This document shows, one piece after another, positions 52,670-60,566 of a stretch of DNA of 64,000 nucleotides. A program made the translations under genes and the position numbers. Each line of letters opens with the position of its first letter. Positions within the stretch are counted from its first letter, which is position 1. The stretch comes from a bacterium (GTDB lineage: Bacteria; JAMCPX01). The stretch lies in the NCBI GenBank assembly GCA_037439545.1, contig JBBIVV010000003.1, positions 1 through 64,000 on the forward strand, read 5' to 3'. Below the pieces are notes generated by a model. That model worked only from the letters and a program-made list of their open reading frames with translations. It did not search any database and was not told where the DNA came from.

Positions 52670-52678
52670 GTACCGGCG

Positions 52679-54139
52679 CTACCATAAGAGTAACGTATAT
52701 GCCAGAAAATTTACGGCAGAGAGGGCGATTGCTCCCCTCAGATATCCGCTGCCTTCAATCAATGGCTTACGCTTGAGGAAAACAAGTATTCCTATTGACA
52801 GAAGAAGGCTGAGGGCTGTCAATAAAATGCCGATCTGAAACATCGGAGATAAAAACCATTTCGGCAGTACCTTCAGGTTAAAGAAATAAAGAATATCGAG
52901 TATAAAAACCACCGGACCGCCTATGAGGCTTATGACCGGGAGCAGGACAAGTAAATGCATGGGTTTAATTGCAGGCTCGACGATCTTCATCGGCTTGCCG
53001 CATTTTTCGCATTGCTCCTTCGTATCCTGCTGGTAACCGCACCATGGGCATACGGAGGTCGAAGTCCGTCTTGTAACCCGAGCTTGAGTGAGTATGGCAT
53101 TGTGCAGGTTGGCGCCGTTCATGTCCGTTTCGCGCAGATCAGCTCCGCTCAGGTTCGCACTGCTCAGGTCGCTGTAGGGAAGTACTGAATTGTTCATGAT
53201 AGCACCGGATAAGTTCGCTTCTTTTAGAGATGCTTTTGATGCCATCGCATGACTCAATATAACACCTTTCATATTTGCCATTGAAAAGTTTGTATGAACA
53301 CACGACGCATGAGACATACTGGAACGCTCGAGCATTGCACCGGTCATGACCGCATTGTCGAGTTTTGCATAGTCTAAAATAGCTCCCGAGAGCTGCGCAT
53401 AATCAAGCTGTGAACCTTCGAGGTTGGCTCCTCTCAGGTTTGCATCCGTAAGATTGATATTACTCATCTTTGCAGAGGTGATGACCGCTTCGGACAGGTC
53501 GAGTCCCGACAGATTAATTCCTCTTAAATCGCTTGAAGGCATGAATACCTTTCTGAGCGATACACCTGTTAACAAGGCTTTCTGTATGTTCGACCCTCTC
53601 AATGTTGCACTGGAAAAATCAGCACCACGCATGTCTGCTTCTGATAGGTCTGACGATTCAAGGTTTGCATTTACAAAGCTTGCCCGGTATAGCAGTGCCT
53701 TGTTAAATTTTATGCCTGCTGCCCTTATGCTGTCGAATGTTGCCTCTTTCCCGTTTACCCCTGTCAGCGTTGCACCTGCCATCTGACAGGAAGTGAAGTC
53801 CGCCCGTTCAATAGTAGCAGATGACATGTTTGCTTCCTGAAGCACAGAACCGGAGAAATCGGCATTTCTCGCATCCGCCTTTGTCATCGTTGCACCCTGC
53901 AGGTTTGCACCCTTGAATGATGATTTTATCAGTTTTGCTTCTTTCATCAGACAGAAAGAAAGGTCCGCGTTATCGAATAGTGCTTCCGAGAGATCAGTGC
54001 CGGATAGATCTGAATTTCTCATCCTTATGCCCGAAAGGTTTAGCCCCTTTAGATTCTCGCCCGTTAGTTTTACATTTGAAAGCTCAATCCCCTTGTCCTT
54101 ATGATCGGACATGTATTTAATCAGTTCGTCTCTGGTCAT
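52679..54139 (-). CDS. Pentapeptide-repeat protein with CxxC-CxxC zinc ribbon and 3 C-terminal TM helices
   Basis: About 330 aa of A(D/N)LxG repeats, CPWCG...CEKCG, hydrophobic C-terminus; start re-called at 54139. Confidence 0.85.
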   Translation of the reverse strand: MTRDELIKYMSDHKDKGIELSNVKLTGENLKGLNLSGIRMRNSDLSGTDLSEALFDNADLSFCLMKEAKLIKSSFKGANLQGATMTKADARNADFSGSVLQEANMSSATIERADFTSCQMAGATLTGVNGKEATFDSIRAAGIKFNKALLYRASFVNANLESSDLSEADMRGADFSSATLRGSNIQKALLTGVSLRKVFMPSSDLRGINLSGLDLSEAVITSAKMSNINLTDANLRGANLEGSQLDYAQLSGAILDYAKLDNAVMTGAMLERSSMSHASCVHTNFSMANMKGVILSHAMASKASLKEANLSGAIMNNSVLPYSDLSSANLSGADLRETDMNGANLHNAILTQARVTRRTSTSVCPWCGYQQDTKEQCEKCGKPMKIVEPAIKPMHLLVLLPVISLIGGPVVFILDILYFFNLKVLPKWFLSPMFQIGILLTALSLLLSIGILVFLKRKPLIEGSGYLRGAIALSAVNFLAYTLLLW

Positions 54140-54225
54140 AAAAAGATTCTTATAACAATTATCGTAAATATGCAAGCGGGAATAGAGTCAGGAAGAAGTA
54201 ACTCCTCAACTCCTTCTCCCTTGCT

Positions 54226-54254
54226 TTGACATTATAAAAAAAATGGGGTAAAAG
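54226..54254 (+). promoter_or_regulatory. Putative sigma70 promoter, leaderless paralog A
   Basis: TTGACA-17-TAAAAG-6-ATG. Confidence 0.55.
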
Positions 54255-54260
54255 AAAAGC

Positions 54261-55454
54261 ATGAAAATAATCGTGAGATTATTACCGTTAATTTTATTTA
54301 TAGCACTATCGATATCAACAGCAGATCCATCGTACGCACAGCAATATGTCAGTCAGGGGGCATGGGCAGTAGGCATAGTAAAAGGGCTCGGTTGGGAGAG
54401 CAAGGGCATACCGCAACAGCCATCTTTAATGGATTACATGGATCTCCTGTCAGGAAGGAATTTTATCAATGTAAACCTCAAAAATTATGCAACAAGGCTC
54501 GGCACTTTTCCCGATACCCTTACCTATAATGTAAATGTAGAACACTGCGGAAGATATCGTCTTATTGTGTATGTGTACGGCAATCCGGTATTATTTACCA
54601 TGGATAATGAACCTACTGTTTCATCTCATTTCTCAAACGGCTGGAACTATGAAGAACCCGCCACCTTTATACTGAAAAGGGGTGTTCACAGATTGAGTAT
54701 TACCATACCGAAAGGCAGCTCAATATTTGCCCTTTATCTGAGTTCTATGGCAGAAAACGCGATTCAACCGAAAGGCGGCTGGGTTGCGGCAAAGCCGCTA
54801 GATTATGGTGCAGAAGCAAGTACACTGACCATGGCAATGGATGTTGCCGGCAAGCTGCCTGTCCAATCTGAAATACCTCCAGCAGTCAGGGCTGGTGCAA
54901 ATGCACGTCAATTTACCTTTCAAATACCCTCTGATCCTGTCCTGAACTTTAACACAACATTCCAGGGCCCATCGAGAGGGTATGTCATGGTGGATAACTC
55001 TATTGTTATACCTTATGAGGTTCGCGGCACGGACGCACCGCCCCTCAACATGAAAGCAATAAACCTTGGTCAGGGCACGCATACTGCATATTTGAAAATT
55101 CTCTCAGGCCAAGCGCCTTCGTCATTCGTTATATACCAGCATAATGATTCCCCCGAAGCATGTAGTGCGCTGATGAGATCCATGGGATTTAATATGGGGC
55201 TTGCTTATTTGCCGGTACCGTACGATATCGCACGGGCATCACTTGGGGCCTTCATCGTAATAGTGGCAAAAACCGTGCCATACAATATTGCACGGGTGTC
55301 GCTGGAAGAATTGATTGCAAGGATGGCAAAAAACAAAATGCCCAATGAACTCGATCTTTCCGGTCTGCCTGTCAAGCAGACAGAATTACCCTCACAGCGC
55401 GTTATCAGGACATATAAAGAACCCATAAGCCCCATGGTTCCGTTTGAGGATTAA
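54261..55454 (+). CDS. Secreted hypothetical protein, paralog A (possible CBM-like beta sandwiches and SLH-like helices)
   Basis: Signal peptide ending SYA; near-colinear with 55684-56652 plus the C-terminal part of 56668-56976. Confidence 0.75.
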   Translation: MKIIVRLLPLILFIALSISTADPSYAQQYVSQGAWAVGIVKGLGWESKGIPQQPSLMDYMDLLSGRNFINVNLKNYATRLGTFPDTLTYNVNVEHCGRYRLIVYVYGNPVLFTMDNEPTVSSHFSNGWNYEEPATFILKRGVHRLSITIPKGSSIFALYLSSMAENAIQPKGGWVAAKPLDYGAEASTLTMAMDVAGKLPVQSEIPPAVRAGANARQFTFQIPSDPVLNFNTTFQGPSRGYVMVDNSIVIPYEVRGTDAPPLNMKAINLGQGTHTAYLKILSGQAPSSFVIYQHNDSPEACSALMRSMGFNMGLAYLPVPYDIARASLGAFIVIVAKTVPYNIARVSLEELIARMAKNKMPNELDLSGLPVKQTELPSQRVIRTYKEPISPMVPFED

Positions 55455-55595
55455 GCTGGTCTTAATTATACGATCTATGAATAGTTTTTCGTGCCGCTTG
55501 TGTAATATTCAACCGTAATAATTAAATTTTCAACATCTATTCCACACTACTGTGTAAATTGGTATTAAATATTAATAGGTTACGAATGGTTTATT

Positions 55596-55612
55596 CTGGC
55601 ACAGATGTTGCA
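55596..55612 (+). promoter_or_regulatory. sigma54 (-24/-12) promoter
   Basis: CTGGCAC-AGATG-TTGCA with canonical GG-N10-GC spacing, in an AT-rich intergenic region. Confidence 0.8.
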
Positions 55613-55683
55613 AATCAAAATATGAAGAACATGAACATAATTATGCATGGTGTATTCATGTTCGGATTGACATTACAGGGAAA

Positions 55684-56652
55684 ATGGTGTTAAAAGATTT
55701 TATGAGAAAAATAGTTAAGCCGGGTTTATATTTACTGGTATTGTTATCCGTAGTTAAGCCATCTTATGCACAGCAGTATGTGAGTCAGGGAGCATGGGCC
55801 GTTGCCCTTGTAAAAGGGCTTGGCTGGGAGAGCAAGGGCATACCGCAACAGTCATCTTTAATGGATTATTTCGATCTCCTTGCAGGGAGGAATTTTATCA
55901 ATGTAGACATCAAAAATTATGCAACAAGGCTCGGTACTTTGCCCGATACACTTACGTATAATGTAAATGTCACTCACAGCGGCAGGTATAATCTTATCGT
56001 GTATGTGTATGGTAATCCCATGATGTTTACCCTGGATAATGAACCTACTGCATCGTCTAATTTCTCAAATGGCTGGAACTATGAGGATCTCGGCACCTTT
56101 ATGCTGAAAAGAGGTATTCACAAGTTGAGTATCACCATACCAAAAGGCAGCTCAATAGTATCGCTTTATCTGAGTTCTATGGCAGAGGATGCTATTCAAC
56201 CGAAAGACGGCTGGGTTGCGAGCAAACCCCTTGATTATGGTGCTGAGGCAAGGACCATGACCATGGTAATGGATGATGCCGGTAAATTGGATGCAGGTAA
56301 ATTGCCTGTTAAATCTCAAATACCTTCTGCAATAAGGGCTGGTGCAAATATAAGAGAATTTGTATTTCAATTGTCATCAGACCCTGTCCTGAACTTCAAC
56401 ATAACATTCCAGGGTCCATCAAAAGGATATGTCATGGTTGATAACTCCATTGTCATTCCTTATGAGGTTAGTGGCCGGGGAATGGAACCTCTCAATATGA
56501 AGGCAATAAGTCTTGCACAGGGCGCACATACCGCATTTTTGAAAGTTTTATCAGGGCAGCTGCCCTCGTCATTCGTTATATACCAGCATGATGATTCTTC
56601 CGAAGCATGCATTACGCTTATGAAAACAATGGGCTTTGATATGGGATTTTAA
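55684..56652 (+). CDS. Secreted hypothetical protein, paralog B1 (N-terminal about 80% of paralog A)
   Basis: QQYVSQGAWAV...GLGWESKGIPQQ shared with A; ends GFDMGF. Confidence 0.75.
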   Translation: MVLKDFMRKIVKPGLYLLVLLSVVKPSYAQQYVSQGAWAVALVKGLGWESKGIPQQSSLMDYFDLLAGRNFINVDIKNYATRLGTLPDTLTYNVNVTHSGRYNLIVYVYGNPMMFTLDNEPTASSNFSNGWNYEDLGTFMLKRGIHKLSITIPKGSSIVSLYLSSMAEDAIQPKDGWVASKPLDYGAEARTMTMVMDDAGKLDAGKLPVKSQIPSAIRAGANIREFVFQLSSDPVLNFNITFQGPSKGYVMVDNSIVIPYEVSGRGMEPLNMKAISLAQGAHTAFLKVLSGQLPSSFVIYQHDDSSEACITLMKTMGFDMGF

Positions 56653-56667
56653 TCGAAGGGGAAATTT

Positions 56668-56976
56668 ATGCTTATAAAAAAAAGGATCATTTTATTATTC
56701 TTTCTTGTAATTCCTATAAGTGTTCTCGCACAATCCGCAGGAAATGCTTTTGCAGCAGACTATAATACCTCTGTTCGTGATGTGGTGAATAGACCTGTCC
56801 CCTACGATACTGCACGGGCATCACTTGCCAGATTGATGACCATGGTGGCAAAAAATAAACCGGAGGGAGGCATCTCTCTGGCGGGTATGGCTGCCAAAAA
56901 GACGGAATTACCGTCACAGACTGCTCTCAGGACATACAAAGAATCCATAAGCCCCATGCGTCCGTTCGAGGATTAA
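56668..56976 (+). CDS. Small secreted protein B2 (own signal peptide plus the C-terminal module of paralog A)
   Basis: Purine-rich SD-like GAAGGGG; signal peptide; PVPYD.ARASL...TELPSQ...RTYKE.ISPM.PFED. Confidence 0.7.
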   Translation: MLIKKRIILLFFLVIPISVLAQSAGNAFAADYNTSVRDVVNRPVPYDTARASLARLMTMVAKNKPEGGISLAGMAAKKTELPSQTALRTYKESISPMRPFED

Positions 56977-56978
56977 GG

Positions 56979-57533
56979 ATGACAGCACTCATAAGACGGA
57001 CAATTATAATAGGGTGGTTCTTTTTATTATTTTGCACCTCAGCATCAGCAGGTGAGATCATTTATGCTTCCAGAAGTTTTAATATTGCAAGCGGTGCAAG
57101 TATTATCGTTGCTCCATTCCAAAATCTAACAAAGGCACAGGGTGCAGGTGATAAATTTTCGAACTATATTGCACAGGCACTTGCAGAATCTGGATCCATG
57201 CGCATTGTGAGGGAAGATCAGTTCATTTCCCGCTTGTCGTACAATAGGTTGAAACCAGGCCTGCCTGTCGATAGATCCATTGCTCAATTAGTGGGCGGAC
57301 AGCTCGGCATTCGTTATGTCGTGTTTGGCAGTGTCGTGGAATATAACTACGAACTCTCCAATGATGGAAGCAGGACAATACCCATTGCAGGTATCGATGT
57401 TAGAATCCTTGATGTCGATTCGGGCAGAATTATTTTTGCAGGCTCTTTCATAAAAGAAGGCTCATCTGGCACTCAACTGGATAGTGTTGCAATGGATGCA
57501 GCCGATGCATTTCAAAAGAGGATCATGCAGTGA
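56979..57533 (+). CDS. PelC/CsgG/DUF799-like periplasmic protein
   Basis: V.PF.N.T....AG; G..YV.FGSV.EY.Y.......P..G..VR..DV.SG.I.F; SPI-type signal peptide. Confidence 0.6.
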   Translation: MTALIRRTIIIGWFFLLFCTSASAGEIIYASRSFNIASGASIIVAPFQNLTKAQGAGDKFSNYIAQALAESGSMRIVREDQFISRLSYNRLKPGLPVDRSIAQLVGGQLGIRYVVFGSVVEYNYELSNDGSRTIPIAGIDVRILDVDSGRIIFAGSFIKEGSSGTQLDSVAMDAADAFQKRIMQ

Positions 57534-58555
57534 TGCTGATAAAAAGATTCGTAATCATTGCTCTCATTGTTTCGTCAGGGTGCGCACCTTCCATCACCTC
57601 GAATTTTCTTATTCCGCCGTCGAGTATTAATACTATAAGCTGTATTGCAGTGCTTCCCTTAAAGAACGATACTCAGAATCCCAATGCCGGCAATGTAATA
57701 TCAGACATACTTTCAGTGGCGCTCATGAAACAGGGCGGGTTCAACGTTATGGACAGGATGGAGGTTGAGAGGGTTTTAAGGGAAAGGGATATCTATACAC
57801 CGGATGGGATAGCGCCGGACGATGCGGCGGGAATGGGCATTATATTGGGTGTGCAGGCTGTATTTACCGGAAAGGTAACACGGTATGTGTATAAACCGTC
57901 AAGCCTTGCAACAGAAGGGGCAATACCGCTTGTAGACATCGCACTTTCTCTTATTGATACAACGACCGGACAGACTCTGTGGACCGGTGAAGGCACATTC
58001 TCGTCATCCGGTTTGCTTGCTGCAGGTACGACACCAATCACCGATGCTGTGCAGGATGGCGTGACGCAGCTTCTTGATTCATTGTATGCCGGAATAGGCC
58101 AGAAACCCGAGCCGCCATCCGGTATGTGCTGGTATGATCCGAACACGATATTCTCAAGAGTAATTATTGCAAATCAGCCGGCGCCCCGGCCTGTTCAAAG
58201 ACCCGCGGTTTCTTATGCTCCAAGGCCTGTGCAGGAACAGCAGGTCGCATCTGTAACTGTGCCAGAACAAAGGCCTCAGGCGCAGTTGCCGCAGGCAAAG
58301 GTATCGGTAATGAATGCAAGCGGCAGCCCGAAGGCATCGATAGTGGTGGGTGTGACGCTTATAAAAAGTAAAATCAATGTGGTAAATGTAAGTATGGAAA
58401 AGCGTGTAAAACCGAGAAGTACGATATATTACAAACCGGCTTACCATGAACAGGCGCTTGCCATAGCAAGATTATTTAAAAAAACACCCTCTCTCGTACA
58501 GTCGCAGACATTTAAATGGGACATAACATTCGTTATCGGCAGGGATTTAAAATAG
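57530..58555 (+). CDS. PelC/CsgG-like lipoprotein fused to LytR_C domain
   Basis: Lipobox SSGC; AVLPL.N.T..P.AG; LID..TG..LW; Pro/Gln linker; V.V.N.SG...STIYY......A..IA...DI..VIG.D. Confidence 0.65.
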   Translation: MMLIKRFVIIALIVSSGCAPSITSNFLIPPSSINTISCIAVLPLKNDTQNPNAGNVISDILSVALMKQGGFNVMDRMEVERVLRERDIYTPDGIAPDDAAGMGIILGVQAVFTGKVTRYVYKPSSLATEGAIPLVDIALSLIDTTTGQTLWTGEGTFSSSGLLAAGTTPITDAVQDGVTQLLDSLYAGIGQKPEPPSGMCWYDPNTIFSRVIIANQPAPRPVQRPAVSYAPRPVQEQQVASVTVPEQRPQAQLPQAKVSVMNASGSPKASIVVGVTLIKSKINVVNVSMEKRVKPRSTIYYKPAYHEQALAIARLFKKTPSLVQSQTFKWDITFVIGRDLK

Positions 58556-58572
58556 GGACCGGAGGAAATTTT

Positions 58573-59715
58573 ATGAAGCAAAACAAGTTATTCCTTTGTA
58601 CGCTTTTTATATTGATTGTCATTATAATGCCCCGCAGTGTGTATGCCGCAGGCGATCACGAGAGATTATTGAAAGCGTATCTTTCATTGAGCGATGCTTA
58701 TGATACGAATGTTTTAGGAGCCGGAGGGCAGGCTAAAGACAAGTCGGATAACATTATCTATATTCAGCCGTCCCTCGATTTCCTTCTGCCTTTCAGGTTT
58801 GGAGCCGACCTTAATGTTAATTATACTTTTACCTACCTCAACTACAGCAAATATACGCAATACAATACCTACTACAACGATCTCAATGCATCACTCAACT
58901 TCTATCCGGTAGATAATCTCATATTTGGCATAAGCGATCAATATGTGGCAGTCCCTATATCTCCGCAGCTGCCGACGTTTGCAGCAACAAATATAACGCA
59001 GGTAAATTACCTTAATCCTTATATCGCCTATAAATTCCCGATTATGACGAGGTTCTCCATAGATGTCAGATACGATTACATAAAAGTTGATTTCCCCGGC
59101 TCGCTTGGCATTGCATACAGCATCAATGAGCCGCAGATAGATGCGGCTTGGCTTCCGAACCGTTACTTAAAAATTAAACCGGGTTTCAAGTATATATCCC
59201 AGACATTCACGGCATCATCGTTAGGGACAATTAATCAGTCTATACCCTATATAGAAGTTGCTATATCGGATGGATCGAAACTGACTTTTACAGGTAATTA
59301 CAGCTATGTTGCATTTAGCTTTACTAATAATACACAATCCGGCAGTATATATCTCGCGAAGCTTACATATAAGCCGGATGACAGACTTGATACCGACTTG
59401 TACGTGGATGGATCAAAGGCTTTCGATATATTCGGCAGGTTATACACGAACTTTGAAACCGGATTGGATGCGACCTATAAGATGACGGATCAAGTAAACG
59501 GTACGATCGGAGCTAAATACCTGAAGCTTAAATATGCAGGGGAGAATTACTATGAAGATGCTTATGGATTTAATATTGGAATCAATTACAAGTTTATAAG
59601 GTGGGCTGAGTTATTTGCGACATACTACTATTTCAATGAAAAACCGGAATCATCAAGTGTTATTGGCTATCAGGACTCAAGGATACTCTTCGGTATCCGT
59701 GCGGGCCTGCTGTAA
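58573..59715 (+). CDS. Outer-membrane beta-barrel associated with polysaccharide export (EpsX/BBP2-like)
   Basis: Signal peptide, YD.N motif, Tyr-rich amphipathic strands; SD GGAGG; adjacent to OPX. Confidence 0.72.
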   Translation: MKQNKLFLCTLFILIVIIMPRSVYAAGDHERLLKAYLSLSDAYDTNVLGAGGQAKDKSDNIIYIQPSLDFLLPFRFGADLNVNYTFTYLNYSKYTQYNTYYNDLNASLNFYPVDNLIFGISDQYVAVPISPQLPTFAATNITQVNYLNPYIAYKFPIMTRFSIDVRYDYIKVDFPGSLGIAYSINEPQIDAAWLPNRYLKIKPGFKYISQTFTASSLGTINQSIPYIEVAISDGSKLTFTGNYSYVAFSFTNNTQSGSIYLAKLTYKPDDRLDTDLYVDGSKAFDIFGRLYTNFETGLDATYKMTDQVNGTIGAKYLKLKYAGENYYEDAYGFNIGINYKFIRWAELFATYYYFNEKPESSSVIGYQDSRILFGIRAGLL

Positions 59716-60565
59716 GCTGATACTTTTAGTATTTATTATATCTCTCCTGTTTGTCCCGAACATTCATGCGCAGGATGAATATACCATAGGTCCTTCCGAT
59801 GTACTGCATATAGAAGTTTTCGGAGAGAATGATCTCACAGGCGATTTCACGGTTTCTCAGGACGGGACCATAAAAAATATATTACTTGGAGATGTCACGG
59901 TCCAGGGGCTTACTACAGCACAGGCAGAAGCATTGCTTACCGAAGAGCTCGGCAGTGACTATCTTGTCGATCCGAAGGTTTCAGTCTCCATTAAAGAATA
60001 CAAGAGCCATAAAGTGTATGTTCTCGGTGAGATCGATAAACCGGGAACCTACGCACTGACGACAAAAAGCAGCCTGCTTGATATACTCCTGAAAGCAGGA
60101 GGACCTACTTCGAATGCAGGAGACAATGTTTCTATCCTGCGCAGTGCAGACGGAACGCTCACGCATATACGGGTCGACATCACAAAACTTTTTATTGAAG
60201 GAGACCTGTCTCAGAACATACCGATTAAAGACGGGGACATAATCTATGTGGCGCGGCAGGAAAAGGGTAACATCACGAGCAGGTTCTTTGAGAAAAGACT
60301 GAACGTTTTTTATGTTGTCGGCGAGGTTAAATCTCCGGGCTCCTATGAGCTGCAAGAGGGCTACACGGTGTTGAATGCAATACTTCAGGCGGGCGGTTTT
60401 ACGGACTATGCAAAGAAGAACGGAGTCATGCTCGTCCGGTACGAGGACGGTAAGAAAAAAGTGTATCACATTAAAATGGGCGATGTGATGAACAAAGGCG
60501 ATCTGTCCGATGACATGCATGTGCAGGCATCGGATCTTATAATCGTTCCGGAGAGTCTGTTTTAA
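59699..60565 (+). CDS. OPX/Wza-family polysaccharide export protein, non-lipoprotein, lacking the C-terminal outer-membrane helix
   Basis: Y.IGP.D.L...V, DG.I, V.GLT; two SLBB domains; ends D.I.VPESLF; start re-called to GTG 59699. Confidence 0.88.
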   Translation: MRACCKLILLVFIISLLFVPNIHAQDEYTIGPSDVLHIEVFGENDLTGDFTVSQDGTIKNILLGDVTVQGLTTAQAEALLTEELGSDYLVDPKVSVSIKEYKSHKVYVLGEIDKPGTYALTTKSSLLDILLKAGGPTSNAGDNVSILRSADGTLTHIRVDITKLFIEGDLSQNIPIKDGDIIYVARQEKGNITSRFFEKRLNVFYVVGEVKSPGSYELQEGYTVLNAILQAGGFTDYAKKNGVMLVRYEDGKKKVYHIKMGDVMNKGDLSDDMHVQASDLIIVPESLF

Positions 60566-60566
60566 A

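Noticed and set aside
56640..56800. Frameshift, read-through or pseudogene explanation for the B1/B2 split
   Set aside because: The intervening DNA encodes an SD-like site, ATG and a plausible signal peptide rather than a simple indel or slippery site
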